A DNA stretch of 64,000 nucleotides from Camelus dromedarius. Its lineage: Eukaryota. The number at the start of each line of letters is the position of its first letter. The first letter of the stretch is position 1. A model generated the notes under the pieces. It saw only the letters and a list, made by a program, of their open reading frames with translations, searched no databases and had not been told where the DNA came from. The position numbers were made by a program, and so were the translations under genes. The stretch covers positions 35,280,001-35,344,000 of the forward strand of contig NC_087437.1 of the NCBI RefSeq assembly GCF_036321535.1, written 5' to 3'. Shown here piece by piece: positions 63,330 through 64,000 of this stretch.

Positions 63330-64000
63330 GTTCAGCCAAGAATGACATTTGCCCACAGGGATCATAAAACAGAAAGAATCTTTACTCTTGATTTGGCAGG
63401 GAGGAGATAACAGACACATACTAACGAGGACATAATGAAGCTGGATGAGGATTACTCTGATAAATACTGCTAAAAGAGAGAAGTGTGGGGCTAAAGCAGA
63501 GAGTATAGTTTAAACAGCAAAGCAGTGTAATCTTTCTCTACATGCTACGTGCATCTGGTAACAAATACTGTCTTTGTAGACCATTATCTCTGAGTCTTGA
63601 CATCCGGAGTCACGGGTGGATCATAAATCAAATTTTAGGAAGAAATGATAAGCCCAGAACTTTTGAAAATTGTGATGTGTTTATCTGAAAGATGGGAAAG
63701 AAAGCATTTATTAGTTTTTTGATGACTCAGGGAGTGGGAATGAGGAGACAGTAGGTAGTCTGTTAGATGACAGAATGGGGCTTCAACATTACTCAGATGA
63801 AATGAAGGTGGTATCACCCCTGAAAATCTGGTTAGAATCAGGCAGAAAGGTTTAAGTTAAGAGAGCAGAGCGGAGCACAGTGGTTGCATCAAGGAGAAGC
63901 ATTTTAGAAAGATGCTGAATATGCAAAGGAGACTAAGAGTAACTAGGGACTCATAGCAGAAAATACTGTATTTAAGAGAATAGATCACCGGGTGCTATTT
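63330..64000 (-). mobile_element. Degraded LINE-2 fragments
   Basis: ggcactcgatgtg...tactcttgatttggcaggg; gcagagcggagcacagtggttgcatcaagg. Confidence 0.35.

Noticed and set aside
1..64000. CRISPR arrays, operons, rRNA or other prokaryotic systems
   Set aside because: The sequence is mammalian; no regularly spaced repeat-spacer array or dense coding structure is present.

Overview
Mammalian genomic DNA, most likely camelid (camel, alpaca or llama), judged from a Vic-1-type tRNA-derived SINE and cetartiodactyl-type L1 3' ends. It is AT-rich, CpG-depleted and full of interspersed repeats (L1, L2, MIR, MLT1/MLT2/LTR16 LTRs, hAT and Tigger DNA transposons). I cannot identify a host protein-coding gene. 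The window looks like a large intron or intergenic region, with a few low-confidence plus-strand exon, promoter and enhancer candidates and one strong CTCF motif. The most unusual object is a rearranged minus-strand LINE-1 at ~54985-59849. It has two tandem, diverged 5'UTRs and has lost almost all of ORF2. Its ORF1 carries dense, patchy, strand-specific A-to-G changes, which look like a fossil of ADAR hyper-editing of the RNA before retrotransposition. Repeat names come from recalled consensus features, not a database search, and most repeat boundaries are approximate.
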